Shown: positions 33,035-47,158 of the stretch, piece by piece | How the letters are laid out: every line of letters begins with the position of its first letter | How positions within the stretch are numbered: position 1 is the stretch's first letter | Origin: the human T2T-CHM13v2.0 reference genome, Homo sapiens | Length of the DNA: 64,000 nucleotides | Direction: 5' to 3' (one strand) | NCBI RefSeq assembly: GCF_009914755.1 | Contig: NC_060928.1 | Position numbers and translations under genes: made by a program | The notes under the pieces: model-generated | The model's input: only the letters and a program-made list of their open reading frames with translations | What the model was told of the DNA's origin: nothing | Databases searched by the model: none

Positions 33035-33449
33035 TTAAAAGACAAAAGTACAACAAACCTAGTTTTGCAGATCTTAATTGGCTTGTATCTGCAATTCCAG
33101 AATCGGACAGCAGTCAGGACCAAAAATCATTCAGAATGTTCCACCTCACAAGTGCAGGTTTTATTTATAGCCAGGGACAAGGAAGTGACATACAAAAAGC
33201 AGAAGTGAGGTACAGCCAGATTAATCGGTTAAAGCTCAGCATTTGCCTTAATTGAATGTGGTTTGAACAGCCTGCTGGCTGCCATGGACTGAAGCTAGGC
33301 TGCAGTGATTGGCTGAGACTCAGCTATTTGTTATAAAGGCAAATTCCAAAGATAAGTTTTCAGCTTTTTTATATACCAGCTTAGGTTGCAGTTTATTTAG
33401 GAGGACTTGTACTGAAGCTTCTAAAGCTCAGACTTAGTTCAATTTAACA
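33035..33449. mobile_element. ERV1-class solo LTR (MER57/MER72/MER93 group)
   Basis: aaaagacaaaagtacaacaaa..gatcttaattggc..agaatcgg, gtgattggctgagactcagctatttgtta; ends ttcaatttaaca. Subfamily uncertain. Confidence 0.6.
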
Positions 33450-36379
33450 ACAACAATTATTAAAATTAGAAATTTAGTCATATAGCTGGGATATATCTCT
33501 GTGATACTTAGGTATTGATTCTTCAGAATCAACATTTTTCAAATGAAAATGCCTTATTTGTTTACAAAAGATGAGAATTGAAATGTATAATTTCTGAGTA
33601 TCATTTTTATATCAACGAATTAATATTATAAAAAACTTTTCTCTCCAGTGTAAATTAGTTGTCTCAATATATTTTTAATGCATAAAATGGATATATGGTC
33701 AAACATTTTTATGGGAGACTATGCCTATGATTGAAATTTTATGAATCTACGTGTGTCTCCTCTGTTTTACCAACACTGAAGCTCTGTAGCATCCATGCTC
33801 CAGGAGCACTAAACAGTTAGTTTATTTATTTGCTCCTTTTCTGTCACATTATCTTATCTTACTGAATGACACTCTAATCCCTTAACTTGTCTGTCACCCC
33901 ACACCATGAGATAATGAGCTGACCTCTCTCTGAATATGTAGTCTAAGTCAGATATAACACTGAATATTTGCTAGTGGGAAAAGTGGATAATGGGCATGTT
34001 CAAGAGATAGGCAATATACTTGGACAGGGACAAAGTAAATGTGGGTGGTCAAATACTCTCTCCCTCAGGGAAGTGCCCAGCAGGAGGGAGAAATCCTGAG
34101 TACTTGTTTAGATCACCTTAATGACCATTAATCAACGGGTTTGGCTAAAAACAAACAAACACACACCCCAATCCTAAATAGTTATCCTTGGTATAAGGAA
34201 AGGGAACTTGAGACAGCTGATAGCACATTCTTCATCACATGGTTAAGGTTCACAGGTCAAATTTATTAAGTTAATTTGATTGACAATGATTAAGTTCTTA
34301 AATTCAAAAGTTTAGAATCACCATAAACCCACGATACTATTATTTCATGTAAACATGCTCATTTTGTCCCAATAGTGCAGATGTCTGCTGTTAACCATTT
34401 TAATTGCTGTTATATTTTAAGTGTTTGTACATTATTTGAAAGTGTAAGTATGCTATTATTTTATGGTTTATTAAGCACAAAGCACACACATTCAGTCATA
34501 GTTGTAATGCATGGGTCAAGAATCAATACCCTCATTTTGAAAGTGATAATTATTCTTCCCTGTTATCTATTCCAAAGCAGAATGAAATGAAAATTAGTGT
34601 CAGCCCTTGAAAAGCAAGCATTATGGCTTGAAAAAGTAACAGTTAATGCTATACCTAAATAAGAAAAATGTATGGTAGTGCCATATTAAAATGTGCATTG
34701 AAGGAATGTATTAACTGTCCATTTCAAGTCATAACTAATAAAATTAAAATATAAAACATAAAGGTAATTTTATTATGAAGCAACACTATTTATTTGTCCC
34801 ACAAATTTACTAGTATCTTTGATATGTGTTTATTAACAAATTGCATATAGTGAAACTACCATATGAGAAAAGAATTAACATCAACTAATAGGTATCACAA
34901 ATGCATTAATGGTATATACACTCATAAAAATCGAGGCTAACTTATCTATCATAAGAATAAAATATTTGCAGTTTAGCTTCTAAATAGAAAAAATCTCAGA
35001 GAAATTGTTTGAAATATATCATAATGTTTTAAACCTGTGTCTGTCTCATGTCCCAATTTCACCAGGGTCCTCAGAGCTGCATGAGTCTTACCTGTAAAGA
35101 GGACCCAGAGGCTCACAACATGAAATGACTCTGGGATGTGTAAAAAGCATTGATCTACAAGAGACATTGAAATCATTTAGTATAAAACCTTCACTTTATG
35201 GATAAAGAACAGTAGGTAATTTTTGCCAAATTACATGCCTTTACACTCACAAGGTCTACATTCATTTTTTTCTGTTAAAGAATAATTTCACATTTCCTTT
35301 GGGAAATTTGTCCCTCTGTTATCAATACGCGTGTTTCTTGGTGGCTAAACTACCCAGCTAAAGAAAAGGAATATAATTAATTGCCTTAAGTCATTTCTCT
35401 GGCCACAGTGGTTTAACTAAGCAGAGGCATATTTTGTAACAGTGATAGCCAGAATCAGGTCTGTTGTCTTACTTTCCGTTAAAAGGAAAATTCTCTCTTT
35501 TTCTACTGGGCTTCAGGTTATGAATATGTAAGACCTGAAGTTCTTGTGGTCATAATGCAAATATGCAGGGGAGAACTAGTTTGAGAAGGAGGACAGTATT
35601 GAATTGCTGATGCTGCAGGTATTCATTAGTCCAACCACTGCTCCATGAGGCCGCCCTGCCCCCGGTGTGTTTGGCTCCAGTCCCATATACTGACTTTCTA
35701 ATAAGGAGAGGAAATCCATTTTGTTTTTGACTTATTAGAGTTTGAATTTGGCTTTTTGTCACTTTCAGTTTCAAGAGTCTTAGTTGATTAAGTATGTTAA
35801 AAATTACAAATATTTCCAAGGTCGAGGTCTTAAAATGGCCCCAAACTTAATTGTATGTTGGGGCTCAGTGTAGGAACCAGAATCTTGTTTCCTAGCTTTC
35901 AGTTTACTGTTTGTGCCCCTATAAAATGTTGTATTCCTCAATTATCTTGGAAGCTTCTGGACAATGGAATGTTGGCTACATAGGGAGTTTTGCCATGGCA
36001 CCTGGGTGTCAGGGTTTAATTCAGTTCATCTATTGATCGTACCTTTACTAAAAGGAGAAGATATCCATGGAATCCCAAAATGATATCTAAAAAGTAGATT
36101 TTTGAGGATCTTCTGGAATTAAAAGTACCTTTTAATATGAAGGGAACAATAGTAGACTAAGAAATAAAAGACAAATTCAGAAACTTTATGAATGTGTAGT
36201 AAGAGAAAAAATTTTAATCTTTATAAACTATTGAGATTTGGAGGTTTTTATTATTACATCATATTTTAGCTTAAACCGACGACTCAGAAAATGAAATGTC
36301 CAAAACTGAATCCCTCTATCTTCTCTGAAAAATTTTTACAACGTATCTCGGCTGTATGTCACGTTATTTAATATGGAGT

Positions 36380-36852
36380 CTGTGTCATGGCTAAAAACCT
36401 ATCTGTGATGTTTCAGGCAATTACAAAGTCTCTACCAGATAGGACTTAATGCAAGAAAGCTGCCCTCCCCATACCACGTGAGGCACAGAGAGTGCTCTGT
36501 TGTCTCTAAAGAGAGTTGCAGTTATGAACTCTAGATTCCTTGGCTGCCCATGCTCTTACACCTTCATTCCTAGGCTAAGTGCCCTCATTTGGAGATCTTT
36601 TTGTCTGGGAATTTTTTGGAGCCTACATCAACAGTAAGATGATCCTTAAGTCTGTGCTGATTTACCTGACCCTTGCCTGCAGCCATTCTATGGAAGAAGA
36701 ATGAAACATTGAAGGACCAACACATTCTCCTATTTAGCTTCTTTCTTTGCTATTGAGTAAAGACTTGATTTTTGCTTTCATTTTGGTTTCTTGTCTTAAT
36801 TACCCTGACACCAGGCAGCTCAGTTCTCTCCAGCTCAGTTCTGCTCAAAACA
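36380..36852. mobile_element. Old solo LTR (family not resolved)
   Basis: TG...CA bounded ~470 bp GC-richer block with a poly(A)-signal-like agtaaag and a terminal ctctccagctcag..aca. Confidence 0.45.
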
Positions 36853-36869
36853 GCCATCAAGTTATTATT

Positions 36870-37682
36870 TTACTTTATTTTTCTTATGCTCACATCCAAT
36901 CGATCGGAGAATAATATTAGAATACATTCATAAGGTGATTGTGATCATTTTCATCACTTCTGCTGCTGTCACCGTGGACCCTGGCAATATCATCTCTCAC
37001 CTGGATGGGTGTAACTGTAGCCCTACTGTTCTCCTTATTCCTACTGTTGTCTAACTATGATCTATTCTCAAAATAGCAGCCAGAGTGATCCTGTGAAAAT
37101 TTCAGCTCATGTTACTTCTTAGATCAAAACTCTGCAGTGACTTCTCAGTTTTCTAAAAGTAAAAGCTAACATCCTTACAATGACTGATGAAGCCTTAAAT
37201 GGTCAGCAGTGTGTCCCCTGCCATCTCCCTGACCTTGTCTTTTACTTCTGTTCCCCTGCTTCAACATCTGCCCTTCGAGACAACTGCCTTGCTAATTTCC
37301 TCACCTCTTTCAGATCTTTATGCAGATGGCACTTCTCAATGAGCCCTAATCCAGTCACTGTATTTAAAATTCCAACATAGCTATCCCAATCCCTTACACC
37401 TGGTCCTCCTTATAATGCTCTCTTTCTTTTATATTTTTCAATGTATCATTTTCAATTACTCTCTATATTTTAATTATTGGTTATGTTTATTTTCTCTTTT
37501 TGCCACCCAGGATGGAGGTTGCAGTGAGCCAAGATCACTACCCAAGACGGTAAGCTTCATGCAGGTAGAAATTTTGTTTTCTTCCCTATGTTGTGTTTTC
37601 TTCACTAATGAAGCTCAATTCCTAGAACAGATATTAGCATAGAATAGGTACTTGATAAATATTTTTAAATAAATGAATTCAT
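36870..37682 (+). mobile_element. L2 3' portion
   Basis: catctctcacctgga, agcagccagagtgatc, aaaactctgcagtgacttctc and cctagaacag..ataggtacttgataaatatttt..aaatgaat. Confidence 0.75.
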
Positions 37683-38286
37683 TAAAATTTTATCTGCAAA
37701 CGAAACATTATGAGGCCGCTCTGGATGATGATTTGGAAGCCTGTAGTTATCACTGTGTTCTAGATACTTCCTGTGTTTCCAATATCCCCCAGATGACCAC
37801 ATGCTATGCCAGCATGTGACTCCTTGAATTAAAGAATCATGTCATTCTCAAGGCATTTTCCTATCACCTTCTCTTTCACACCCATTCACTAGATTAAAGG
37901 TCAGCAGTTCTTCATTCTTTTCTTGAAGGCCATGCTAGATTGCAGAGCAACTTGCTAAGCCACTAACAACTAAGGCTTATAAGGCATAACATACCACCTG
38001 TAATAGGTCGTGTTTAATTTTCACAGCTCCTTCATTGTCTAACTCAAAGGAACCTTTGTGAAGCAATTTTGGTCAGTAGCACAGGGACAGATGGGTCACA
38101 TTTTGAAGACCTAAGGCTTTTTAGGCACGCCTCCAGTCATAACTTACTAGCAAGTTACACATAAGAAAAGGTATGGATAAGCAAGTAGCATGGATGATTA
38201 AAATTTTTCTTTTTTCATATTAGAGGAACATACTTAGTATTTTGGATTACTCTTTAGTGAACCATTTCACATAACCCAGTGGGCAA

Positions 38287-38288
38287 TT

Positions 38289-38331
<43 letters not shown>

Positions 38332-38622
38332 TTTTTTTGAGATGGAGTTTTGCTCTTTCGCCCAGACTGGAGTGCAATGGTGCGAGCTTGGCTCACTGCA
38401 AGCTCCGTCTCCTGGGTTCACGCCATTCTCTTGCCTCAGCCTTCCAAGTAGCTGGGACTACAGGCACCCACCACCACGCCCGGCTAATTTTTTTGTAATT
38501 TTTTAGTAGAGATGGGGTTTCACCATGTTAGCCAGGATGGTCTCGATCTCCTGACCTCGTGATCCGCCCGCCTCGGCCTCCCAAAGTGCTGGGATTACAG
38601 GCATGAGCCACCGCACTCGGCC
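38287..38622 (-). mobile_element. AluY with a (TTTA)n tail
   Basis: AluY diagnostics (gcaagctcc, ttcacgccattctc, ttagccaggatggtctcgatctcctgacctcgtgatccg). Confidence 0.95.
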
Positions 38623-38891
38623 ACACAATGGGCATCTTAATATTAAATATATGAATGCCAGGGAAATGTATCCATGTATGTGAGACTTAAATATTTTATT
38701 CATATCTATGTACATATGCACAAATATATGCACATATATGTTATAAAAAATAAAAGGATATCTATTCTATTTATTTTAATTATCAAGTAATATAAATTTA
38801 ATGAAAAGTTAGTTTGGCCAAATGGAAAGATGGAGGAAACTGAGATAAAATTAATTCCGTATTTCCCCTTCCAATTAAAAATAATATTTTA

Positions 38892-39266
<375 letters not shown>

Positions 39267-41059
39267 TTAATAACCATGGTTTAAACTAGTATATTTTAAA
39301 ATTTGGCAACTTGGAAAGCATTATGGTTGATCTTGAAATTATGAAGATTTGTAGAATGTCTTGAGCAGCAAATTAGATGCATGTAAAATGTCTGGAGTAT
39401 CTTGTCCACTGTATTGGGATCTATGGTAAATAAAGAGATTACAAATTCAGTCCAATGTTTCCTCCAAAAAGAAAAGAGATTAGTTTACTCAGACTCTTTA
39501 CTTTATCCCATATCTAAGTATTTATACAGATGTTAAACATTAGGTTTTTCATTATGTTGATTGATTCCAGTCATCTTAAGAATATTTCTCTCCTTAGACG
39601 TCAGCACAATGGGTTTTTTGAAAGCTGTTGTTTTGAGTGATGATCATTAAAGAAAGGAATATGACATTTCTAGGAGAATTTTAGCATTTATGTAAAATAT
39701 AACAGTAGCTTATGGAGGTGGAGAGAAATGTATAATAACTTCAAGCATATGAAATCCTTAGAAGAAGTTCTTGAATATGTGATCATGGGAAAAAAACCTA
39801 GATAAAGACAGATCTTTTCAGGGTATTTTATATATTTAAGGAAAAAAAAAGACTTTTTTTTTTTAATGCTGCTATAGTCCTCAGGATGCAGTGAAGGTCA
39901 CTGCAGTAAAAAATGTCTCTGTTGATTTAGATAAATGTGGCCTCATTCCAATATATTCTGGTTTTTCTTTTATCCAATTGAAAACCTACTGGAGGTTTTT
40001 ACTGTGGCTGTCAGACAGAGCACAAATATTTCATAAACCATACTGGGCTTATTAAGTTGGCAGCAATTTTAGCCTTCAGGGCAGTTTACTTCACGATTTT
40101 AAAATGCTTTTCCCCCTCCCTTCTTTATTATGGGACACAAAAGATGTTCCTGTTTTGAAAGCCTAATGTTAGTGATATTTCCTAATTCATACACTGGTTG
40201 GTACTAGTACACAAATTTGAGGTTTTAGACCATATTGCAGGAATGAAGGTGGATATGGGAGATGTGATATAGATAAATAGTTTATATTTAAAGGTCCCTC
40301 AAACAAATTGTTCCTTTAAAAATTGTTCCTTTAAAAATTTGGCGATTCTGATATTTAATTTATGCATATGTTGTCTGTCAAAATAAGATAAATAAGAAAA
40401 AATCAGGTATAAAAATAATGTAACAAAATTACTTTGGAACTTAAAAATCTTTTTTTTAGGGTTATTGTAAGCCTGACGCTGTTAGATAATCTTAAAATCT
40501 ATTCAATCTTTAATATTTATAAGAACCCTATAATTGGGAGGTGAGTATTGTTACCATTTTACAAACCAGGAAAATTAGGTGACTTCCTTAGAGTTTCAAC
40601 TCTAGTGAATATAGGAAGTGGGATTTAAACATAGATACAATGGTTATGGAGTCTACACCTTTAACCACTGTATCACTATTAATGTGGATAAAATGTAAAT
40701 AAAGAAGTAAAATAAAATTAATAATAAATGGCAGAAAGTTGGAGGTAAAGGTCTTAAAGTAAAAAGATGCACTGATCATTAGAAACTAGATTAAAAATAA
40801 AATGTATAAAGTATTATAGAAATTGCAAAACAAGTTTGGAATAATAAAAAGTGACAGCTCATAAGCATTAAAATTTTATTTGAATAAGATCACTAAAAGG
40901 AAATAAACTCTGTTAAGAGAATAAAACTTGTTAAAAGAAAGAAAGCTTAGTGAAGGATCAACATGAAATATAAGTCTTAACACACTGATCCAATTCAGAA
41001 ACAACAACAAAAAAATCACCTTATTAGTCAGGATTTCAACTCTCTGCCTGGTTCTTTCA

Positions 41060-41815
41060 TTCACTCTGCATGCATGGATTCCTTAATTATATTTCCAACG
41101 ATGTTTTTCACGCCATAGGCACTGGGGATTCAGGGATAAACAAAACAGACCACAGCTCCTACCCTCACTGAGCTTACGTTATCTTTGAAGGAGGCAGATA
41201 ATAAACACATTTATAACTAAAACAAAGTGTTATTAGATGCATGCTGCAGGGAGAAATAAAGCAGCAGAGGAGGGGAGTGCTGGGACATTGCAGATTTAAG
41301 TGAGGTGATTAGGGTAGATCTCCCCAAGTAGTTAGTACTTGAAAGATCTGGAGAAGCCATTCGATTATCAGGGAGAAGGCTATTGCAATCAGAAAGAACT
41401 AGAGATGCAGTTTTCCTGAGCCTGGAGTGTGCCTAAAGTTCTTCAAAGAAACCAGAGACGGCCAGGTGCAGTGGCTCACGCCTGTAATCCTAGCACTTTG
41501 GCAGGCCGAGGCAGGCGGAACACGAGGTCAGGAGTTCGAGACCAGCCTGGCCAACACAGTGAAACCCTGTCTCTATTAAAAATACAAAAAGTAGCTGGGC
41601 GTGGTGGCGGGCGCCTGTAATCCAGCTACTCAGGAGGCTGAGGCAGGAAAACTACTTGAACCCGGGAGGCGGAAGTTGCAGTGAGCTGAGATGGCGCCAC
41701 TGCTCTCCAGGCCGGGTGACAGAACTAGCAGAACTAGACTCCGTCTCAAAAAAATAAATAAATAAAAAATAAAAGAAAGCAGAGACACAGATGAAGCTGG
41801 AGGACAATATGGGAA
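41060..41815 (-). mobile_element. L2 fragment interrupted by an Alu
   Basis: ggcactggggattcagggataaacaaaacagac..cctaccctcactgagcttac..., continuing after the Alu (gaagctggag). Confidence 0.65.
41460..41772 (+). mobile_element. AluS (Sg-like)
   Basis: cacgaggtcaggagttcgagaccagcctggcc; near-TSD aaagaaaccagagac / aaagaaagcagagac. Confidence 0.93.
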
Positions 41816-41824
41816 GTAAAGTAA

Positions 41825-43655
41825 GTTAGGCACAAAGAGACAATGTGGAATCTAAAAGTCCAATACATTGAAGCAGAATAGAATGGTGGTTACCAGAGGC
41901 TGAGGAGGTGAGAGCAGTTGAATGGGTAAAGGGAGAGACTTGGTCAATGGGTACAAAGTTACAATTACAAAGGTGTAATAAATCTGGTGTTCCATTGCAC
42001 AGCAAAGTGACATAGTTAATAAGAATGTATTACATATTTTAAGATAGCTAAAAGAATTTTCAATGTTCTCTCCCCAGAGAAATGGTATATATTTGAGGTG
42101 ATGGATATGCAAATTAGCCTAATTTGATCATTGCACGATGTATACGTGAGTCAAAACATCATGTGTCCGGAATTGGTGGGTTCTTGGTCTCACTGACTCC
42201 AAGAATGAAGCCGCGGACTCTCGCGGTGAGTGTTACAGCTCTTAAGGTGGCACATCTGGAGTTTGTTCCTTCTGAGGTTCGGATGTGTTCGGAGTTTCTT
42301 CCTTCTGGTGGGTTCGTGGTCTCGCTGGCTCAGGAGTGAAGCTGCGGACCTTCGCGGTGAGTGTTACAGCTCTTAAGGCGGCGCCTCGGGAGTTGTTCGT
42401 TCTTTCCAGTGGGCTTGTGGTCTCGCTGGCTTCAGGAGTGAAGCTGCAGACCTTCGCAATGAGTGTTACAGCTCATAAAAGCAGCGTGTACCCAAAGAAT
42501 GAGGAGTAGCAAGATTTATTGCAAAGAGCGAAAGAACAAAGATTCCACACTGTGGAAGAGGACCCCAGCGGGTTGCCACTGCTGGCTCCGGCAGCCTGCT
42601 TTTATTCTCTATCTTGCCTCACCCACATCCTGCTGATTGGTAGAGCCCAGTGGTGTGTTTTGACAGGGCACTGATTGGTGCATTTACAATCCCTGAGCTA
42701 GACACAAAGGTTCTCCAAGTCCCCACTAGATTAACTAGATAGAGAGTGTCAACATAAATGTTCTCCAAGGCCCCACCAGAGCAGCTAGATACAGAGTGTC
42801 TTGGTGTATTCACAAACCCTGAGCTAGACACAGGGTGCTGATTGGTGTGTTTACAAACCTTGAGCTAGATACAGAGTGCCGATTGGTGTATTTACAATCC
42901 CTGAGCTAGACATAAAGGTTCTCCAAGTCTTCACCAGACTCAGGAGCCCAGCCGGCTTCACCCAGTGGATCCGGCAGTGGGGCTGCAGGTGGAGCTGCCT
43001 GCCAGTCCCCCGCCATGCACTCACACTCCTCAGCCCTTGGGTGATCGATGGGACTGGGTGCCGTGGAGCAGGGGGCGGTGCTTGTCGGGGAGGCTGGGGC
43101 TGCACAGAAGTCCATGGAGGCGGAGGAAGGCTCAGCCATGGCGGGCTGCAGTCCCGAGGCCTGCCCCGTGGGAAGGCAGCTAAGCAGTAAGAAATCGAGC
43201 TCAGCGCCGGCGGGCTGGCACTGCTGGGGGACCCAGTACACCCTCTGCAGCTGCTGGTCCGGGTGCTAAGCCCCTCATTGCCCGGGGCCGGCAGGGCCGG
43301 CCGGCTGCTCAGAGTGCGGGGCCCGCCAAGCTCACGCCCACCCGGAACTCCAGCTGGCTCGCAAGCGCCGCGCGCAGCCCCGGTTCCCGCTCGCGCCTCT
43401 CCCTCCACACCTCCCTGCAAGCTGAGGGAGTGGGCTCTGGCCTTGGCCAGCCCAGAAAGGGTCTCCCACAGTGCAGCGGTGGGCTGAAGGCCTCCTCAAG
43501 TGCCGCCAAAGTGGGAGCCCAGGCAGAGGAGGCGCCGAGAGCGAGCGAGGGCTGTGAGGACTGCCAGCACGCTGTCACCTCTCAATCACATGGCACCCCA
43601 GAAACACATACAATTATCATTTGTCAATTTAAAACAATGAATATATTAAATATAT
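41825..43655 (+). mobile_element. L1MA-type 3'UTR split by LTR12C
   Basis: gtggaatctaaaa..agaatggtggttaccagaggctg..ggtcaatgggtacaaagttaca..tcaaaacatca | atcacatggcacccca..caattatcatttgtcaatttaaaa. Confidence 0.8.
42162..43584 (-). mobile_element. LTR12C (ERV9) solo LTR
   Basis: The + strand reads tgtgtccggaattggtgg...gctgtcacctctca. 4-bp TSD atca (42158-61 / 43585-88). It has fewer CCAAT repeats than the 17 kb copy and an intact AATAAAAG TATA-like box. Confidence 0.97.
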
Positions 43656-43719
43656 AAATAATTTACAATAACTTGGAAAAAAAAAGCTCAGAGGCCAATA
43701 CGTCTAAAGCAGCAGAGGC

Positions 43720-44477
43720 TGTGTGGCTGCTGTAATAAATGGCTGCAAATGGGGTGACTTAAAACAACATAAATGAATTTCTTACATTTCTGGAGGTTCC
43801 AATTCTGAAATCAAGGTGTTAGGTCAAACTCCCTCTAGAGCAAGGGGTTCCCCTTTCCCCGCACCAAGACTAGTATCAGTCCCTGGCCTGTGAGGAACCC
43901 AGCTTCACAGCAGGAGGTGAGTGGCGGGCTGACCGGCATTATTGCCTGAGCTAACCTGTGGGATCAGTGGCAGCAGCAGATTCCCATAGAAAGGCAAACC
44001 GTATTGTGAACTCCACATACAAGGGATCTAGGTTGTGTGCTCCTTATGAATATCTAACTAATACCTGCTGATCTGAGGTTCTGAGGTGGAACAATTTCAT
44101 CCTGAAACCATCTCCCCCCAACCCCAGGGAAAAATTGTCTTCCACAAAACCAGCCCCTGGTAGCAAAAAGGTTGGGGACCTCTGCTCTGTAGACCACAGG
44201 AGAGATTCCATTCCTTGCCTCTTCTAGATTATGTTGTCTGTAGGTGTTCCTTGGTTTGCAGCTACATCACTCTGATCTCTGCCTGTCTTCACATCACCTT
44301 TTTCTCTGTATGTCTCTCTCAAAACTCCCTCTGCCTTTCTTTTATTAGGATACATAGGATTGCAGTTTTTACTCAGATAATCCAGGATCAGCAGATCCTC
44401 TTGTGACCTTTAAAACTCATGCGTTCCAGAGATTTGAGGTGGATATCTTTTGGGGAGCTATTTTCCAGTTTACCACA
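43720..44477 (-). mobile_element. MLT1 solo LTR with a nested MER1B
   Basis: ggctgctgtaataaat..gacttaaaacaacataaat..tctgaaatcaaggtgt; ends taccaca; 5-bp TSD gaggc (43715-19 / 44478-82). Confidence 0.8.
43841..44184. mobile_element. MER1B (hAT-Charlie)
   Basis: caaggggttccc..acagcaggaggtgagtggcggg..gggatctaggttgtgtgctccttatga..aaaaaggttggggacctctg; degenerate 8-bp TSD ctctagag / ctctgtag. Confidence 0.85.
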
Positions 44478-45754
44478 GAGGCCAATTTGGCTAAAGGCAG
44501 AGTGAATGAGGAAAGATCAGGGAAGGTTGGGAAGAGGGGCCAGGGTTGTAGACAAGATTACATGGGCTTTTACTCTGGGTAAGTTGGAGCCACTGGATGA
44601 CTTTGAGAAGAGGACTGACATCATTTGACCTTTTAAAGGAACACTCTTGGGGCTGTGGAGAGAAAAGGTCAAGAACGAGCGTAGAAGCTGGTTACCCAGT
44701 TTGGAGTTCTATTGTATTAATCTGTGCTGCATTCTAGGTGGCTGGGAAGTGGTAGAAATAGTGAGAATAGTTGCATTCCAGATATTATTTAAAGGAAGTG
44801 CTGATTTCTCAAGGACTCTGGCTGTACTTTTAAGCCGGGGAACCATTTTGCTGGAGATCTTTAAAAGTGTTGGTTCCTTGGAAAATATCCTCAACATTGG
44901 AGAGTAGCAAGATTAGGGAGTCTGTGGTCTTTTCCCAGTGGCGACAGTAACCCAAGCTCATATTTACTAATACATATGAAGACTCTTGACTCAAACTTGG
45001 TAGCTGACTTCCCACTGGAGAATCCACTAGGAAGTACGAAATCTCCCATGTCTATAGATTAAGGTAGTAAATGGGCATTCAGCATTGAGTGAACCAAACA
45101 AATTCAGAATTCCAAACCATTTGTGGAAAAAAAAATAACTAAAAACCCAATGATCTTAAGGAATAGGGCTGGATAGGACATTAGCAATAAGAACAGAGCA
45201 TCCTAAGAGTCTTGCTTTAGCTTAGAACACTGCCAGAGCAAAGAAAATAAATGCTGCAGAGCAAAACTGCAAACTGCAAACTGGTGGTATGCTAGTGGAA
45301 TGGATTTGTTCCCACAGATTTGTTATGTTTATACAGCAAAATGTTTGAATTTGAATTTGTTGTCAACATTTAGAAATTGGGCATTTTCATATAAAAATCA
45401 AAGTTCTCATGTAAAAATCTGTATTTCCAGTTTGAGAAATGAAAATATCGAGCAATAGTTGCCCACTCTCTTATATAAACCTAATATATTGGGGCCCTGT
45501 AAAAGTGCCCCCCATGTAGAAACCTCCAAGTTCTCTTTCTTTCCTCCTTATTTTCCTTAATGAATTTATCTTGAGCTTCCTGCACCCCTGTTCCAATCTG
45601 GCTGCTTACTAAGACCCACTGCATAACTGGCATCTGGGGCTGTTCCTTCTTCATCCTGAGAATTCTACTCACCTCTCACTCTTATTATGTGCCTCATTTC
45701 TAGGATCCCAAAACATATTTCCCAGCTTATTTTCTCATTTGGTGGAGCATATTT

Positions 45755-46422
45755 ACAGTATTTGGAGAACCAACTACAAAGTTTGGAAAGAGTACATTCC
45801 ACACAAAACCACCCTCACTTTTGACACCAATTGTAAGTTTGGAAAGTTTCCAAAACAGTTTTTATAATTTGCTAGAAGGACTTGCAAAACTTACTGAAAG
45901 CCATTTTACTCATGTCTATCATTTATTACAGGGAAGGAATACAAATCAATATCAGCCAAAGCAAAAAGCACATAGGGCAGAGTTTGGGGAAATACCAAAT
46001 GCAGAACTTTCTTGTCTAATCCTTGTGGAGTCAGGATGCATTACTTTCCACACTGATCTATGACAACATGCACGGAGAATTGCCAGCAAGAGATGCTCAC
46101 CAGAGCCTTGTTGTTGAGCTTCTTTTTTGGTTTCATTACATAGGTATGATTGATGAATTAATTGCACACATAGTTGATTTCAGTCTCTAGATTGACTACT
46201 ATCTTATGGCCCAAAACCCTCAACATAAATTATCTTGCTTTCCTTGGATGGCCAGCCACACCTTAAATCACACTGTTAGACTGTGCTGCATGTTCCAAGG
46301 CCCGTAGACAGACAAAGACATTTCTATCAGGCATAAAATCCCAAGATTTAAGACATTACTTTCCAAAAGCTTAGGGCAAAAACCAGAAAAATCTCTTGGG
46401 GAAAGGCTTGATTCTTTACTAC
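45755..46422. mobile_element. MER21C-like LTR
   Basis: accaccctcacttttgacaccaattgtaagtttgg, ataatttgctagaaggact, ttcattacataggtatgattgat; ends attctttactaca. Confidence 0.65.
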
Positions 46423-46852
46423 ATACTATTCTACAGTAACTGCTTAAGAATGGTACTTGGGAGTAAAGAAAATATAGAAAATCATTAAAATGTGTAATGA
46501 TTGCTTATTTGGCAAGATAAAGAATTCCACTCTCTCCCTCCACCCAGTCCAAACCAACATACATTTTTCACTCAGAAGATACTACTTTAGCTTTTAATGA
46601 TGTTTTAAGAATTCTGATAATGTTCTGAGTCTTGATCAATTATAAATGACTTGCTTTTGCACTCAGATGCTTTTAAAATTTTCTCTACATCCCAGTATTT
46701 TGAAATTTAATGATTATGAGCCTTCAGGTCTTTTTAATCCATTCATTTTATTAGGATTTAGTTGGAATAAAAAAAAACTTAGAGCTTTGTGTTCTTAAGT
46801 TCTGAAATACTTACTTGTATTACTTCCTTTATTACTGTGTCTTTTTCATATT

Positions 46853-47158
46853 CTTTTTTTGTTTTGTTTTGTTTTTGAGAGGGAGTCTCACTCTGTCGCC
46901 CAGGCTGGAGTGTGGAGGCATGATCTTGACTCACTGAAACCTTCATCTCCCGGGTTCAAGCGATTCTCCTGCCTCAGTCTCCTGAGTAGTTAGTATTACA
47001 GGCGCGTGCCACCATGCCCAACTAATTTTTGTATGTTTAGTAGAGACAGAGTTTCATCATGTTGGCCATGCTGGCCTCAAACTCCTGGCTTCAAGTGATT
47101 CGCCAGCCTCGACCTCCCAAAGTGCTGGGATTACAGGTGTGAGCCACTGCGCCTGGAC
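46853..47158 (-). mobile_element. AluS
   Basis: Full Alu; TSD tttttcatattctttt on both sides. Confidence 0.93.

Noticed and set aside
40305-40338. Short perfect tandem duplications (also ~50447-50480 and ~62991-63024)
   Set aside because: Ordinary slippage duplications.
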